Shown piece by piece: positions 17,270 through 25,935 of a DNA stretch of 64,000 nucleotides. The notes under the pieces were generated by a model. It had not been told where the DNA came from, searched no databases, and saw only the letters and a program-made list of their open reading frames with translations. The position numbers were made by a program, and so were the translations under genes. Location: assembly GCA_035285865.1 (NCBI GenBank), contig JAYKHS010000011.1:92659-156658 (forward strand), given 5' to 3'. The stretch comes from Candidatus Sericytochromatia bacterium (GTDB lineage Bacteria; Cyanobacteriota; Sericytochromatia; S15B-MN24; VGJW01). The number at the start of each line of letters is the position of its first letter. The first letter of the stretch is position 1.

Positions 17270-19489
17270 ATGCGTCATCGCCGTCTCGGCTTCCGGGTGC
17301 TGGGTGCCACGGTCCTCGCCGGCTGCGTGCAGAACTCGACGCTCCTTTCCCAGACGGTGATCGTGGACCCGCCGGCAAAGCCCACCGACGTCGCGACCAC
17401 GCCGGCGCCCGCCAACCCGGCGAACCAGCCTGTCTACGCGCTTTCGGACAAGGAGGCGCAGACCCTCGGATACATCAAGGTGGCACCTGGCCTCAATCTG
17501 ACCGGTAGCGTGCTGGGACCGGAGCGACTCGTGGCCAACGGTGCGGCTGGGCTCATCGCCAACGGTGCGGCTGGGCTCATCGCCAACGGTGCGGCCGGGC
17601 TCATCGCCAACGGGGCAGCGGGTCTCATCGCCAACGGGGCAGCGGGTCTGATTGCCAATGGTGCCGCTGGGCGTCAGACAAGCAACAACCAGGTCACTCT
17701 TGACTATCCCGTCGCAGATGGCTGGGTAGCCCTTTCCTCTCCTCAGGGAGCCTTGCTGGCAAGGCCCGATGGCCAGCCTTACGGGGGCCTCACGGATGCT
17801 TCCGGCTCATTCACGCTTGAGGCACCGGCAGGGCAGATGGTCGTCACCGTCCTGCTCGAAGGCAACCGCAGACTTTCTGCACTCGTGGTCAACGACAGGG
17901 CGGACGGCAAGATCGCCGTGGATCTCGGGACCACCCTCGTCACCGAGTACCTGCGCAGCCGAACCCGGAGGATCGGCAAGGATCTGGAGCGTGTCTTCGC
18001 CGCAGATGTCGGTCTCGTGCAGTACAAGGAGCTTGTGGCGCAGACCAACGCCATGTTGCGGAACAATGACCTTGCAGGCCTGACGGCTGCGGACCTCGGA
18101 CTCGATGCCACCGAGTCCATGCTGCATCGGTATGCCCTTGCGGTCGGGCGCGACAACAGCGGTCTCCTGGGTAAGGCGTGGGTCGCGATGATGAAGCGCA
18201 TCCTCGGCGAGCAGGCTCCGGTCGAAGAACTGATGCTGCAGCCGCTGGCACTCGACACCTCCGCGCTCGAGGCTCCCGTCAGCGAGACCTCCCGCGTGCT
18301 GGCCTTCGACCGCGACGCGGGTCGTATGTATCTGAACAGCTACGGTTTCACGACGGAGTCCCTCATCGCCCTTGATGCCCAGGCAACGGCATCGCGGGTC
18401 GTGGCGAGACGGTACAAGTTCGCCGCCAATGGCATGTATGACGTCCAGGCCATCCTCCCGGATGGGCAAAAGGACAGCGTCCTGATATCGGGTGTCTTCG
18501 GGGACCTCTTGGACAGCAGCTACTACCCGATCTTCGGCCTCGCGCGCCTGGATGGCAGCAGGACATTTGCGCCAGAGGGCCCGGAGCTCGCCCCGTTCCT
18601 CCGCGGAGAGTGGCAGAACGCCAGCCTGCTCCGGCCAGCCTTCGATGCCAGCGATTCCGTGATTCCGGAGACCGGCCTCGGGTACTTCATTCAGGACCTG
18701 GCACTTGCCACACCTGAATCGTCCGGTGCATCCCGATCCTTGTTCGCTGCCGATCCCGGACTGGGATGCGTGCGGGTCTTCGAGATGGCGGCGGACGGCC
18801 AGATAGCCGGGGAGGTCGGCCTGATCGGCAATGGCACCGACCTCCCACCGGAAGAGCGGGAGGCCAGGGCTGCAGCCCTTCCGAGTGCAGGTACGCAGAC
18901 GGAACTCTACTTCATGGCTCCTACCAACCTTTGCTTTCACGAGGCAGGCGGGAAACGTCTGCTCTTCGTTACGGACACCGAGAGCGGCGTCATCATCGAG
19001 GTCGATCTGTCCGACAATTCGTGGCGCCGCGTTGCGGGCAAGCCCGCGCCTGCGGACAGGTCCCAGAGGGAGCAGGCTCGCAAACTGGGCATCGACCCGA
19101 CCAGCATGCTCCCCGTGGACGACGGCAAGCCTGCAGCCGTCGTTGCTCTGAACTATCCCCACAAAGTGGTCATCGATACACGCAGGCGGATGTTCATCGC
19201 CGACTCGGATCACCAGATCATCCGGATGATTCGGCTGGACGATCCGACCCGTCGCATCTGGACCGTGGCTGGCAGCCTGCTGGAAACGGTCATCAAGGAA
19301 AACCCCGGATCCCGAGCCATGGTGGAGCGCTACATGACTCAACGCTCCGTCAATGTACGAGACGGTGAATCCAGTGTCGTCACGCTGGGAGAGGTCAACT
19401 CCATCGCTCTCGACGGGAATGGTGACCTGCACCTGACGGATGACCGCACCCGTCGCGTCCGCGTACTCCGCATCGGCAACAGGCCCTGA
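17270..19489 (+). CDS. lipoprotein A: octapeptide repeat + CarboxypepD_reg-like domain + helical region + NHL-type beta-propeller
   Basis: Lipobox VLAGC with a GAGG SD upstream. ANGAAGLI is repeated about 6 times. TDASGSFTLEAP is a CarboxypepD_reg-like motif. C-terminal NHL-like blades include LLFVTDTESGVIIEVDL, MFIADSDHQIIRMIRL and DLHLTDDRTRRVRVLRI. Confidence 0.8.
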   Translation: MRHRRLGFRVLGATVLAGCVQNSTLLSQTVIVDPPAKPTDVATTPAPANPANQPVYALSDKEAQTLGYIKVAPGLNLTGSVLGPERLVANGAAGLIANGAAGLIANGAAGLIANGAAGLIANGAAGLIANGAAGRQTSNNQVTLDYPVADGWVALSSPQGALLARPDGQPYGGLTDASGSFTLEAPAGQMVVTVLLEGNRRLSALVVNDRADGKIAVDLGTTLVTEYLRSRTRRIGKDLERVFAADVGLVQYKELVAQTNAMLRNNDLAGLTAADLGLDATESMLHRYALAVGRDNSGLLGKAWVAMMKRILGEQAPVEELMLQPLALDTSALEAPVSETSRVLAFDRDAGRMYLNSYGFTTESLIALDAQATASRVVARRYKFAANGMYDVQAILPDGQKDSVLISGVFGDLLDSSYYPIFGLARLDGSRTFAPEGPELAPFLRGEWQNASLLRPAFDASDSVIPETGLGYFIQDLALATPESSGASRSLFAADPGLGCVRVFEMAADGQIAGEVGLIGNGTDLPPEEREARAAALPSAGTQTELYFMAPTNLCFHEAGGKRLLFVTDTESGVIIEVDLSDNSWRRVAGKPAPADRSQREQARKLGIDPTSMLPVDDGKPAAVVALNYPHKVVIDTRRRMFIADSDHQIIRMIRLDDPTRRIWTVAGSLLETVIKENPGSRAMVERYMTQRSVNVRDGESSVVTLGEVNSIALDGNGDLHLTDDRTRRVRVLRIGNRP
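17534..17671 (+). repeat. in-frame 24-bp tandem repeat (~5.75 copies) encoding ANGAAGLI
   Basis: GCCAACGGTGCGGCTGGGCTCATC is repeated head to tail. Copies 1-2 are identical, and later copies differ only at synonymous sites. Confidence 0.9.
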
Positions 19490-19496
19490 GGTGACC

Positions 19497-21728
19497 ATGT
19501 CTTACTTCCGCCTTGCTCCAGCGTTTCGCGTGGCAGTGACCGTTCTTGCGGCCACAACATCGGCTTGTGCCATGCCCCCCTATCCTGCAACCAAAACACC
19601 GGGTAGGGTGCCGACGGATTCCAGCCAGCCGATGGCGGAGGGAATTGAGGTTGCAGCGAACCGGGTGGACGGTGCGGGCTTCGTTGCCGGGCCGGGCGTG
19701 CGTTATCGCGTCCTTGAGGGCACCATCAACGGGGGATCCACGAAGGTTTCCGGTACCGCGATTTCCGCAGGCGGCGTGCTTGCCGGTGCCCTCGTGACCT
19801 TCATGGATGATGACGGCCGCTTCCTGGTCCTTCGGGATCCCGAAAAGACAGACAGGTTCGCCTTGCTCTCCAGCCGGTGTGATGCCGAGGGACGATTCGA
19901 GACCCCAGCAGTCTTCCCTGTCGACCAACCTGTCGTGGCGCAGGTCCTGTTCGGCCAGCAACGACGCCTCATGTCCCTGGGCAAGGCGGGCGCGCCTCTC
20001 GCGATCGATGAAGCCTCGACCATCGTCCTCGAGTTCCTGCGTGGAACCCAAGTGGCGCGTCATCCCGGACAGGCCTATCTCACGGCGGGCACCAAGGCAA
20101 GCGCCAAGGTCGTGCTGTCGGTCTTCACCGGAGAGGCCGAGAGGCTGCGTCTCGCGGTCAAGGACGGCGTGTTCAGCTTGCCTGCGAGGGTAGGCAACGA
20201 GGCCATATCCGATGCGTTCACGATTGGCCGAGGCAACGAGCTGGCCAGGGATTACCTGTTGGGCATCGTGACCGGCAATGTCGATAGCCACAAGGCCTGG
20301 GGAACCGTTCTCGAACACGTGCCACTGGCCGTGCTCACGGACGCGGGGAATACCCTGCTCAACAACCAGACCCTTACGCGTCCTGCTACCGCCACGCAGG
20401 AAGCATTCGGCGAACCCATCAACATCGAAGCCTCCGGCAGCAGCTACTTGCTGGTCGGGGGGCGTGCGGGACTCATCGACCGGGTTTCGGGCGGTCAGCG
20501 CATCACGTACCTCGGCAATTTGCCAAGCGGTGAAGATCCATCCGTCTGGCGAGACCCCGTGTCTGCGGATGGCTCGGAGACCGGGAACCTGTTTGCTGGC
20601 AGCTTGCTGGCGAATGGCGACATCGCAGTGACGCCTGCTCTGACGCTCCGCACCCTGATCGAGGCCCGGCAGGACAGCATGGGCAACGTCGCCATGTGTT
20701 TCGACGAGTCAGAAACGCTCGGATTCGCATGCAGGGTCTCTGGCACCTACTTCGGCAGGGCCATGGAAGCTGGCCGCTTCTATGCTCTGGGCAACGATAG
20801 CCTGCCCTTCCGGGGCGAGCGCGAGACGGAACTCGCCAACACCAGATGGGGAAGGCCTTTCGGCCTGGCTTTCGATGACGCCGACAACCTCTTCGTCGCG
20901 GATCGCGGGGCGAACCGCATCCGGATGGTCAACCGAAAGACGGGAGTGGTCCAGACGGTGCTCGGAGATGGATGGCCCTATACCGAATCCGTGCTTGGTG
21001 GCCTCGAAGGAGGCCTGGGAGACCTCGCCTACGCCCCTGTGACCGAGGTGGAGACGCCTCTGCAGGGCGGCGGTACGGCATCGGTCGCCGTGCCGGACTT
21101 CGGCCGGATGAAGGACAGCTCGGACGGACTCCAGCCCGGCCTGACGGCGTCATTCCATCGTCCGACCCGAGTGGCGTGGCAGCGGCGCAAGGATGGGCAT
21201 GCCGAGCTGTACATCCTCGATCTCTACAACCAGGCCGTACGTCGGGCTGTGGCTCCACTTGGCGATGATTTCCGGGATGCCAGCGTGACCACGCTGGTTG
21301 GCGCGGCTGCTGACGAGATACGTCCGCTGGATGCGTCGACATCCTACGTCGTGCCTGTGGGCAGGCCGGGCAAGACGCCAACCACGCTCCGGCCACTCTC
21401 CGAAGTGGGGCTGGACCTTGTCGAGGTCGTTTCGGCTTATCGGTGGGTTCAGGCCGCAGACGCGGGCATCGCCCTGGATCGGGCGCGCCAGCGCCTCTAC
21501 GTGACTGCGCCGAATGCCCGGCAGGTCGTGATGGTCGACCTGACGACGAATCAGGGGCGCGCCATCGCGACGGATGGGGGCGGGCTCTTCGAGGGACCGG
21601 CCATGGGCACGGTCATGCCGACCAAGCTCGGTGGGCTCGGGGTGTTGGCAAACGGCGACGTCATTTTCGCCGACACGGCCAACAATGTGGCGCGCCGTCT
21701 GCGCACGGGAATCTGGATTCCGGAGTGA
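19497..21728 (+). CDS. lipoprotein B: CarboxypepD_reg-like + helical region + NHL-type beta-propeller
   Basis: Start is the internal ATG 19497 (GAGGTG SD 5 nt upstream) of ORF 19440..21728. Lipobox TSAC. NHL-like blades include NLFVADRGANRIRMVN, ELYILDLYNQAVRR, RLYVTAPNARQVVMVDL and DVIFADTANNVARRL. Confidence 0.8.
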   Translation: MSYFRLAPAFRVAVTVLAATTSACAMPPYPATKTPGRVPTDSSQPMAEGIEVAANRVDGAGFVAGPGVRYRVLEGTINGGSTKVSGTAISAGGVLAGALVTFMDDDGRFLVLRDPEKTDRFALLSSRCDAEGRFETPAVFPVDQPVVAQVLFGQQRRLMSLGKAGAPLAIDEASTIVLEFLRGTQVARHPGQAYLTAGTKASAKVVLSVFTGEAERLRLAVKDGVFSLPARVGNEAISDAFTIGRGNELARDYLLGIVTGNVDSHKAWGTVLEHVPLAVLTDAGNTLLNNQTLTRPATATQEAFGEPINIEASGSSYLLVGGRAGLIDRVSGGQRITYLGNLPSGEDPSVWRDPVSADGSETGNLFAGSLLANGDIAVTPALTLRTLIEARQDSMGNVAMCFDESETLGFACRVSGTYFGRAMEAGRFYALGNDSLPFRGERETELANTRWGRPFGLAFDDADNLFVADRGANRIRMVNRKTGVVQTVLGDGWPYTESVLGGLEGGLGDLAYAPVTEVETPLQGGGTASVAVPDFGRMKDSSDGLQPGLTASFHRPTRVAWQRRKDGHAELYILDLYNQAVRRAVAPLGDDFRDASVTTLVGAAADEIRPLDASTSYVVPVGRPGKTPTTLRPLSEVGLDLVEVVSAYRWVQAADAGIALDRARQRLYVTAPNARQVVMVDLTTNQGRAIATDGGGLFEGPAMGTVMPTKLGGLGVLANGDVIFADTANNVARRLRTGIWIPE

Positions 21729-21729
21729 A

Positions 21730-24081
21730 TCAGCGCCGCGCCCCGGAGGGCACGAGCCTGAGCAGGGTGCCGGAAATCCTGTCCAGCATGACGAGTTCCC
21801 CATCCGGGCCGACTGCCAGCGGACCTGGCCTGAGCCACTTCTGATCCAGCAAGGGGAGGTAGGTGCCTTCAGGCTTCCTCTCGCCTTCCCCACCTGCGAG
21901 CACGGTACGCCCTGAGGGCTCGAGCACGATCAACCGACCATGGTTGCCATCCGCTATCCAGAGGTCACCGCCCACCAGAGCCAACCCACTGACCACGCGC
22001 AGGCTGACGGCCATGGGATCGACCGCAACAGGGCCCCCGTCGAGCCCTCCGTGCCCGACAAGCGCCGTGAATCGGCCTGCGGGACACATGCGTCCCCAGA
22101 GGCGAACATCCTGACGCGGCCATGCCCAGACGCGCGCGGTGCTTCCGACCAACAAGGATCCGTCTTCGGTCCACGCGAGGGCTGATGCCCGCACAAGCGC
22201 CTCCTCGGGTGCAACCACAGGAAGGTCGGGCTCTGGAAAGGTCTGCCCATGGGCAAGAAGCAGGGTCGACCATTGTCCATCGGGCGAAAGGCGCATCAGT
22301 TCAAAGCGTCCAACGGACTGGATGGCGACGGCGAGGCCCCAGTCACGATGCCAGGCCACCGGCCCCGGCACGCCATCGTGGCTGGCAAGCCCCGGCACGG
22401 CGGGCAAGCGAGTCCAGGAAGCTGGCTGCACGTCCACGCCGCAGACGCGCGTCGCTTCGGGTTGCCATACTTCGAGCGCGCGGTCGCTTTCGCTCACGAG
22501 CACGACACCGAGCCCGAGGCGCGCAGCCTGACTCCACCTGACTCCGGCGCCATCAGGAGCCGATCGAACGACTCGGACCTCGCCATCCGGGGCAAGGCGG
22601 CGAATCTCCGGTAGTTCTGGCAAACGGACCGAGCTCACGGAGCGCCTGTCACAGAACCACCATCCCCCATCCGGCCCGGCCAGCAACCATGCTGGATGAA
22701 AGAGGCGGACGCCTGTCCGGCCTTCGGTCTGGCCCGTCCCTGCACCAGGAGCCTCAAGCAGGATTCCGGCAAGATGGGAAGAGACCCTGACATCAGCCGT
22801 GGCCATCAAGCTACCCAGCCTCCAAGTGCCAAGATGGCGCCCTCGGACAGTCGCCCTCCAGCCGCCATCCTCAAGCACCGCCCAATCCGCCGATCCACTC
22901 CAGGACCAGGCCCCGGCATCGGGCAGCGGCCTTCCTCCGACATCGAGCACCCGCAGGCCGGGATTCCAGACCTCGCCCAGGGCGATGGAAGCAGTGGGAA
23001 CGTCCACGGACCAACTGGCCGCCACCGAGAACGTGGCAATCTCGGACCGTGAACCGTCCACCGCAACGGTAATCGGCCCCGTTGCCAGCAGGTTCGGCCA
23101 GACGAACCGGATATGGCGATCATCAAGGCGACGCGCCTGAGAGAGTTGAACATCCCCCACGTAAAGGCCCCAGGGACGCCCGCTCCACGAACCGAAATTG
23201 TCTCCCTCCACCGTCACCTCGGTGCCGGGAGCCACCACATCGGGCAGAACACGTCGGATACGCGGAGGAGGCTCTGCGAGGATCACCTCGCCGAGCGAGA
23301 CCTCCGGCCCCTCGAACGCCTCGAGGCTGCGAACCTGCGCAGGTAGACCATCGGCGATGAAGGCCACCGCCGACGTACCGGGCGGGACACCCGCAAGGGC
23401 GAAGAATCCGTCGGAACCAGGCCTGACCCAACGATCCCCACCGGGCAGGAAAACCACGACTTCCTCGGGACGACGCCCGGGTGGGACGGCCACTTGGCCT
23501 CGGATCGTCCACGTGCGGGCGAGGACGACTGGCCCGAGATCCAGCGTTGCCGTGGCACCCTGCAGGACGATCTGGCGCGAGGCCATCTGCCCGTCCTCCG
23601 AGCCCACGACCTTGAGGGTGAAGTGACCGGTTCTCGGAGCGTCCAGAACGAAATGCCCCTGAGCATCCGACCGGGTAGCCGACAGGATGCGGACGGGCAC
23701 GAGCGGACCGACCGGATATCGCAGTGCCAATGGTGATGTCTGCAGGACGCCATCAAGGGGCGTGGACTGGAGGCTGCCATCCATGGGTGTCGACTGCAAC
23801 GCACCATCCAGTCCGGAAGTATCGGCGGCATCGACGAAACCGCCAAGACTCTCCGACGTCGGCGCCCCCTCGGGGACGTTGAAGCCCTGGATCAGATAGA
23901 CCTTGGCCAAGTTCACGGCAGAGCCGCGCAAATCCCGCACACGCCCCTGTATCCGCGTCTGGAGAGCCGATCCGCGCACGTCTGTCGCTTGGGGGGCACG
24001 AGGCACAGGCAACTGCAAACAGGCCGCCAACAGGGCGCACAGCAAGCATGTCCACCAGGCCGAGCTTCTCACGGCAGCCAT
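21730..24081 (-). CDS. lipoprotein C: CarboxypepD_reg-like repeats + IPT/TIG-like domain + beta-propeller
   Basis: Start is the internal ATG 24079-24081 of ORF 21730..24318, giving MAAVRSSAWWTCLLCALLAAC (lipobox). IPT-like segment reads VLPDVVAPGTEVTVEGDNFG...GPITVAVDG. The C-terminal half looks like a propeller. Confidence 0.8.
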   Translation of the reverse strand: MAAVRSSAWWTCLLCALLAACLQLPVPRAPQATDVRGSALQTRIQGRVRDLRGSAVNLAKVYLIQGFNVPEGAPTSESLGGFVDAADTSGLDGALQSTPMDGSLQSTPLDGVLQTSPLALRYPVGPLVPVRILSATRSDAQGHFVLDAPRTGHFTLKVVGSEDGQMASRQIVLQGATATLDLGPVVLARTWTIRGQVAVPPGRRPEEVVVFLPGGDRWVRPGSDGFFALAGVPPGTSAVAFIADGLPAQVRSLEAFEGPEVSLGEVILAEPPPRIRRVLPDVVAPGTEVTVEGDNFGSWSGRPWGLYVGDVQLSQARRLDDRHIRFVWPNLLATGPITVAVDGSRSEIATFSVAASWSVDVPTASIALGEVWNPGLRVLDVGGRPLPDAGAWSWSGSADWAVLEDGGWRATVRGRHLGTWRLGSLMATADVRVSSHLAGILLEAPGAGTGQTEGRTGVRLFHPAWLLAGPDGGWWFCDRRSVSSVRLPELPEIRRLAPDGEVRVVRSAPDGAGVRWSQAARLGLGVVLVSESDRALEVWQPEATRVCGVDVQPASWTRLPAVPGLASHDGVPGPVAWHRDWGLAVAIQSVGRFELMRLSPDGQWSTLLLAHGQTFPEPDLPVVAPEEALVRASALAWTEDGSLLVGSTARVWAWPRQDVRLWGRMCPAGRFTALVGHGGLDGGPVAVDPMAVSLRVVSGLALVGGDLWIADGNHGRLIVLEPSGRTVLAGGEGERKPEGTYLPLLDQKWLRPGPLAVGPDGELVMLDRISGTLLRLVPSGARR

Positions 24082-25934
24082 TCCAGGAGGTGGCCAGACA
24101 GCGGGTCGGCCTGAAGCAGGCGACCATCCCCAAGCGGCATCAAGGACGTAGGCCTGCCCAGGCGCACCGCCAAGGCCGGAAGGGGAATCTCCCCCGGCGT
24201 CAGGGGAATTCCGGTCACCAGCCCTTCGCCTGCCAACTGCCTGAAGCCGGCATCGGGGCTCCAGCGCCACAGCCGCGCTCGCGCCACCTCCGCCAGCAGC
24301 AGGGAATCGCCGAGCCACGCCATGGCCCGCACTTCACCGGAAGGAGCTGCAAGGGCGCGCCGATCCACGACTTGCCAATCCGAACTGCCTTCCGACCTGA
24401 GCCAGATGGCGCCCGGACCTGCAACAGCAACCTGGCCCAACCGCCCCACGGCCACGGACTCCGCACGGCTACCCGGGGGCAGGGATAGCAAGGTACGCCC
24501 ACCTTCGTCGCGCAAGTGGCCTGCCTCTGACATGATCAGCAGCCCATCGGGCCGGACGGCAAATGCATCGATGCTCCCTCGGGCAACTTCCCGGGAAGTG
24601 CCATCGGACCACTGGAAGCGGCGCAGGACATCAGCACCCGGGCCGGTGCGCCCGAGAACAAGGACCTGCCCTCTGGAATCGACGGCAATGGAGCGCGGTC
24701 GATCGACGTGCCAGGGCAGAGTCTGCCATAGGCCCTCGGGAGAGCGATGCAGGCAGCGAGCACCGAGATGATCCCCCACGAGCCAACCACCATCGGGAGC
24801 GAGGGAAAGGGCATAGGGCGTCACGCCCGCCGGCAGGACAGGCAAGCGACGAAGCCGGGCATCGTCAATCAGAACGGACGCCGTAGCCACGAGCGACCCC
24901 CCGGTGACCACGAAATCCAGACGATCGAAACCTGCTTCGGTGCGACGCGTACGTACGATGGCCGCATCCTCGAGCATCGCTCGATAGCCGTCATCGGCCT
25001 CACCTTCCACTTGAGCCTGGGGAATGGACCCGTGGGGGACCACGGAAGGCAAGCCGACAAGGCGGAGTGCCCGCATGCGATGCCAGAAAATGCCGAGACC
25101 CTCGACACCGTCGCGGATGACACGCACAGGACCGGACACGGCCTCCTCAGGGACACGTACCTCCCAGAGACCGTCCGCCACCTGGCGTGGGGCCACGGCC
25201 TCGGCGCCGGTGAATCGAATCGTGAAACCGCCCTGAATCCGGGGATCGACCGCGACGGACAGGATATCCCCGGGACTGCTGAAAGCCGGGGAAAGGGCAA
25301 GCAGGGGAACTTCCTCCGGACGCACAGGGATCTGGAGATTGGATGCGTCCGTGGCACTCGGATTCCAGAGGGCGACTCCCGTGAAACCGGTCCCGCGTAC
25401 CCGGATACGCCTTACACCTGCAGGCATGCCATCGATCCTGAACCCACCTTCAGAATCAGCCCACCCGATGCGCGGGAGACCCTCGACTTCAATCCGGGAG
25501 CCAATCGCTCGCGGCAATTCCGGAGGAACCTGAAGGCGACCGGACAGTGTCAGGGCAGCCTCCCACATCGGGGTTGCCATCCTCGTGACACCGGCACTCC
25601 AATGGAATCCCGTGCTTCCCGTGACCCAGTCACGGCCCTCGAGCTGCACCAGCAGCAAATCCGCCCTGCCGAAGGGCAACGCCCTGCCCGGAAGTGCAGG
25701 AAGGGATTCAGGCATCCCGAGCGTGCGGCCCGAGGAATCCAGCGCCACCCAATGGAGCGTGATCCGGTCCTCGGGCAGTCCGGGATAGCCAAGGTCCTCG
25801 GGGAGAATGACGGAAGCAATTGCGGACTCCACGTCACGGCCCCGGTCCTGAACACCGGCCACGCCGAGCTCCTGTTGGAAGCACCCGGCGAGCAGGGCCC
25901 CGGACAGAAGAACGTATCTCTCGAGGGCTGACAC
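24069..25934 (-). CDS. lipoprotein D: CarboxypepD_reg-like + IPT/TIG-like + beta-propeller
   Basis: GTG start lies 1 nt after the upstream gene stop. Lipobox LLAGC. Motifs: SEGGFRIDGMPAGVRRIRV, and IPT-like SPGDILSVAV...SGPVRVIRDG. It overlaps the start of lipoprotein C by 13 nt. Confidence 0.8.
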   Translation of the reverse strand: MSALERYVLLSGALLAGCFQQELGVAGVQDRGRDVESAIASVILPEDLGYPGLPEDRITLHWVALDSSGRTLGMPESLPALPGRALPFGRADLLLVQLEGRDWVTGSTGFHWSAGVTRMATPMWEAALTLSGRLQVPPELPRAIGSRIEVEGLPRIGWADSEGGFRIDGMPAGVRRIRVRGTGFTGVALWNPSATDASNLQIPVRPEEVPLLALSPAFSSPGDILSVAVDPRIQGGFTIRFTGAEAVAPRQVADGLWEVRVPEEAVSGPVRVIRDGVEGLGIFWHRMRALRLVGLPSVVPHGSIPQAQVEGEADDGYRAMLEDAAIVRTRRTEAGFDRLDFVVTGGSLVATASVLIDDARLRRLPVLPAGVTPYALSLAPDGGWLVGDHLGARCLHRSPEGLWQTLPWHVDRPRSIAVDSRGQVLVLGRTGPGADVLRRFQWSDGTSREVARGSIDAFAVRPDGLLIMSEAGHLRDEGGRTLLSLPPGSRAESVAVGRLGQVAVAGPGAIWLRSEGSSDWQVVDRRALAAPSGEVRAMAWLGDSLLLAEVARARLWRWSPDAGFRQLAGEGLVTGIPLTPGEIPLPALAVRLGRPTSLMPLGDGRLLQADPLSGHLLEWLP

Positions 25935-25935
25935 G

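Noticed and set aside
17534-17671. Possible CRISPR array or non-coding tandem repeat
   Set aside because: The units are contiguous with no spacers. They are in frame within a long ORF and diverge only at synonymous sites, so this is a coding peptide repeat.
17807-19498. 563-aa ORF antisense to lipoprotein A
   Set aside because: It has no signal peptide or motifs and a low-complexity, Arg-rich composition. The plus-strand frame has a lipobox, an SD and NHL-like blades.
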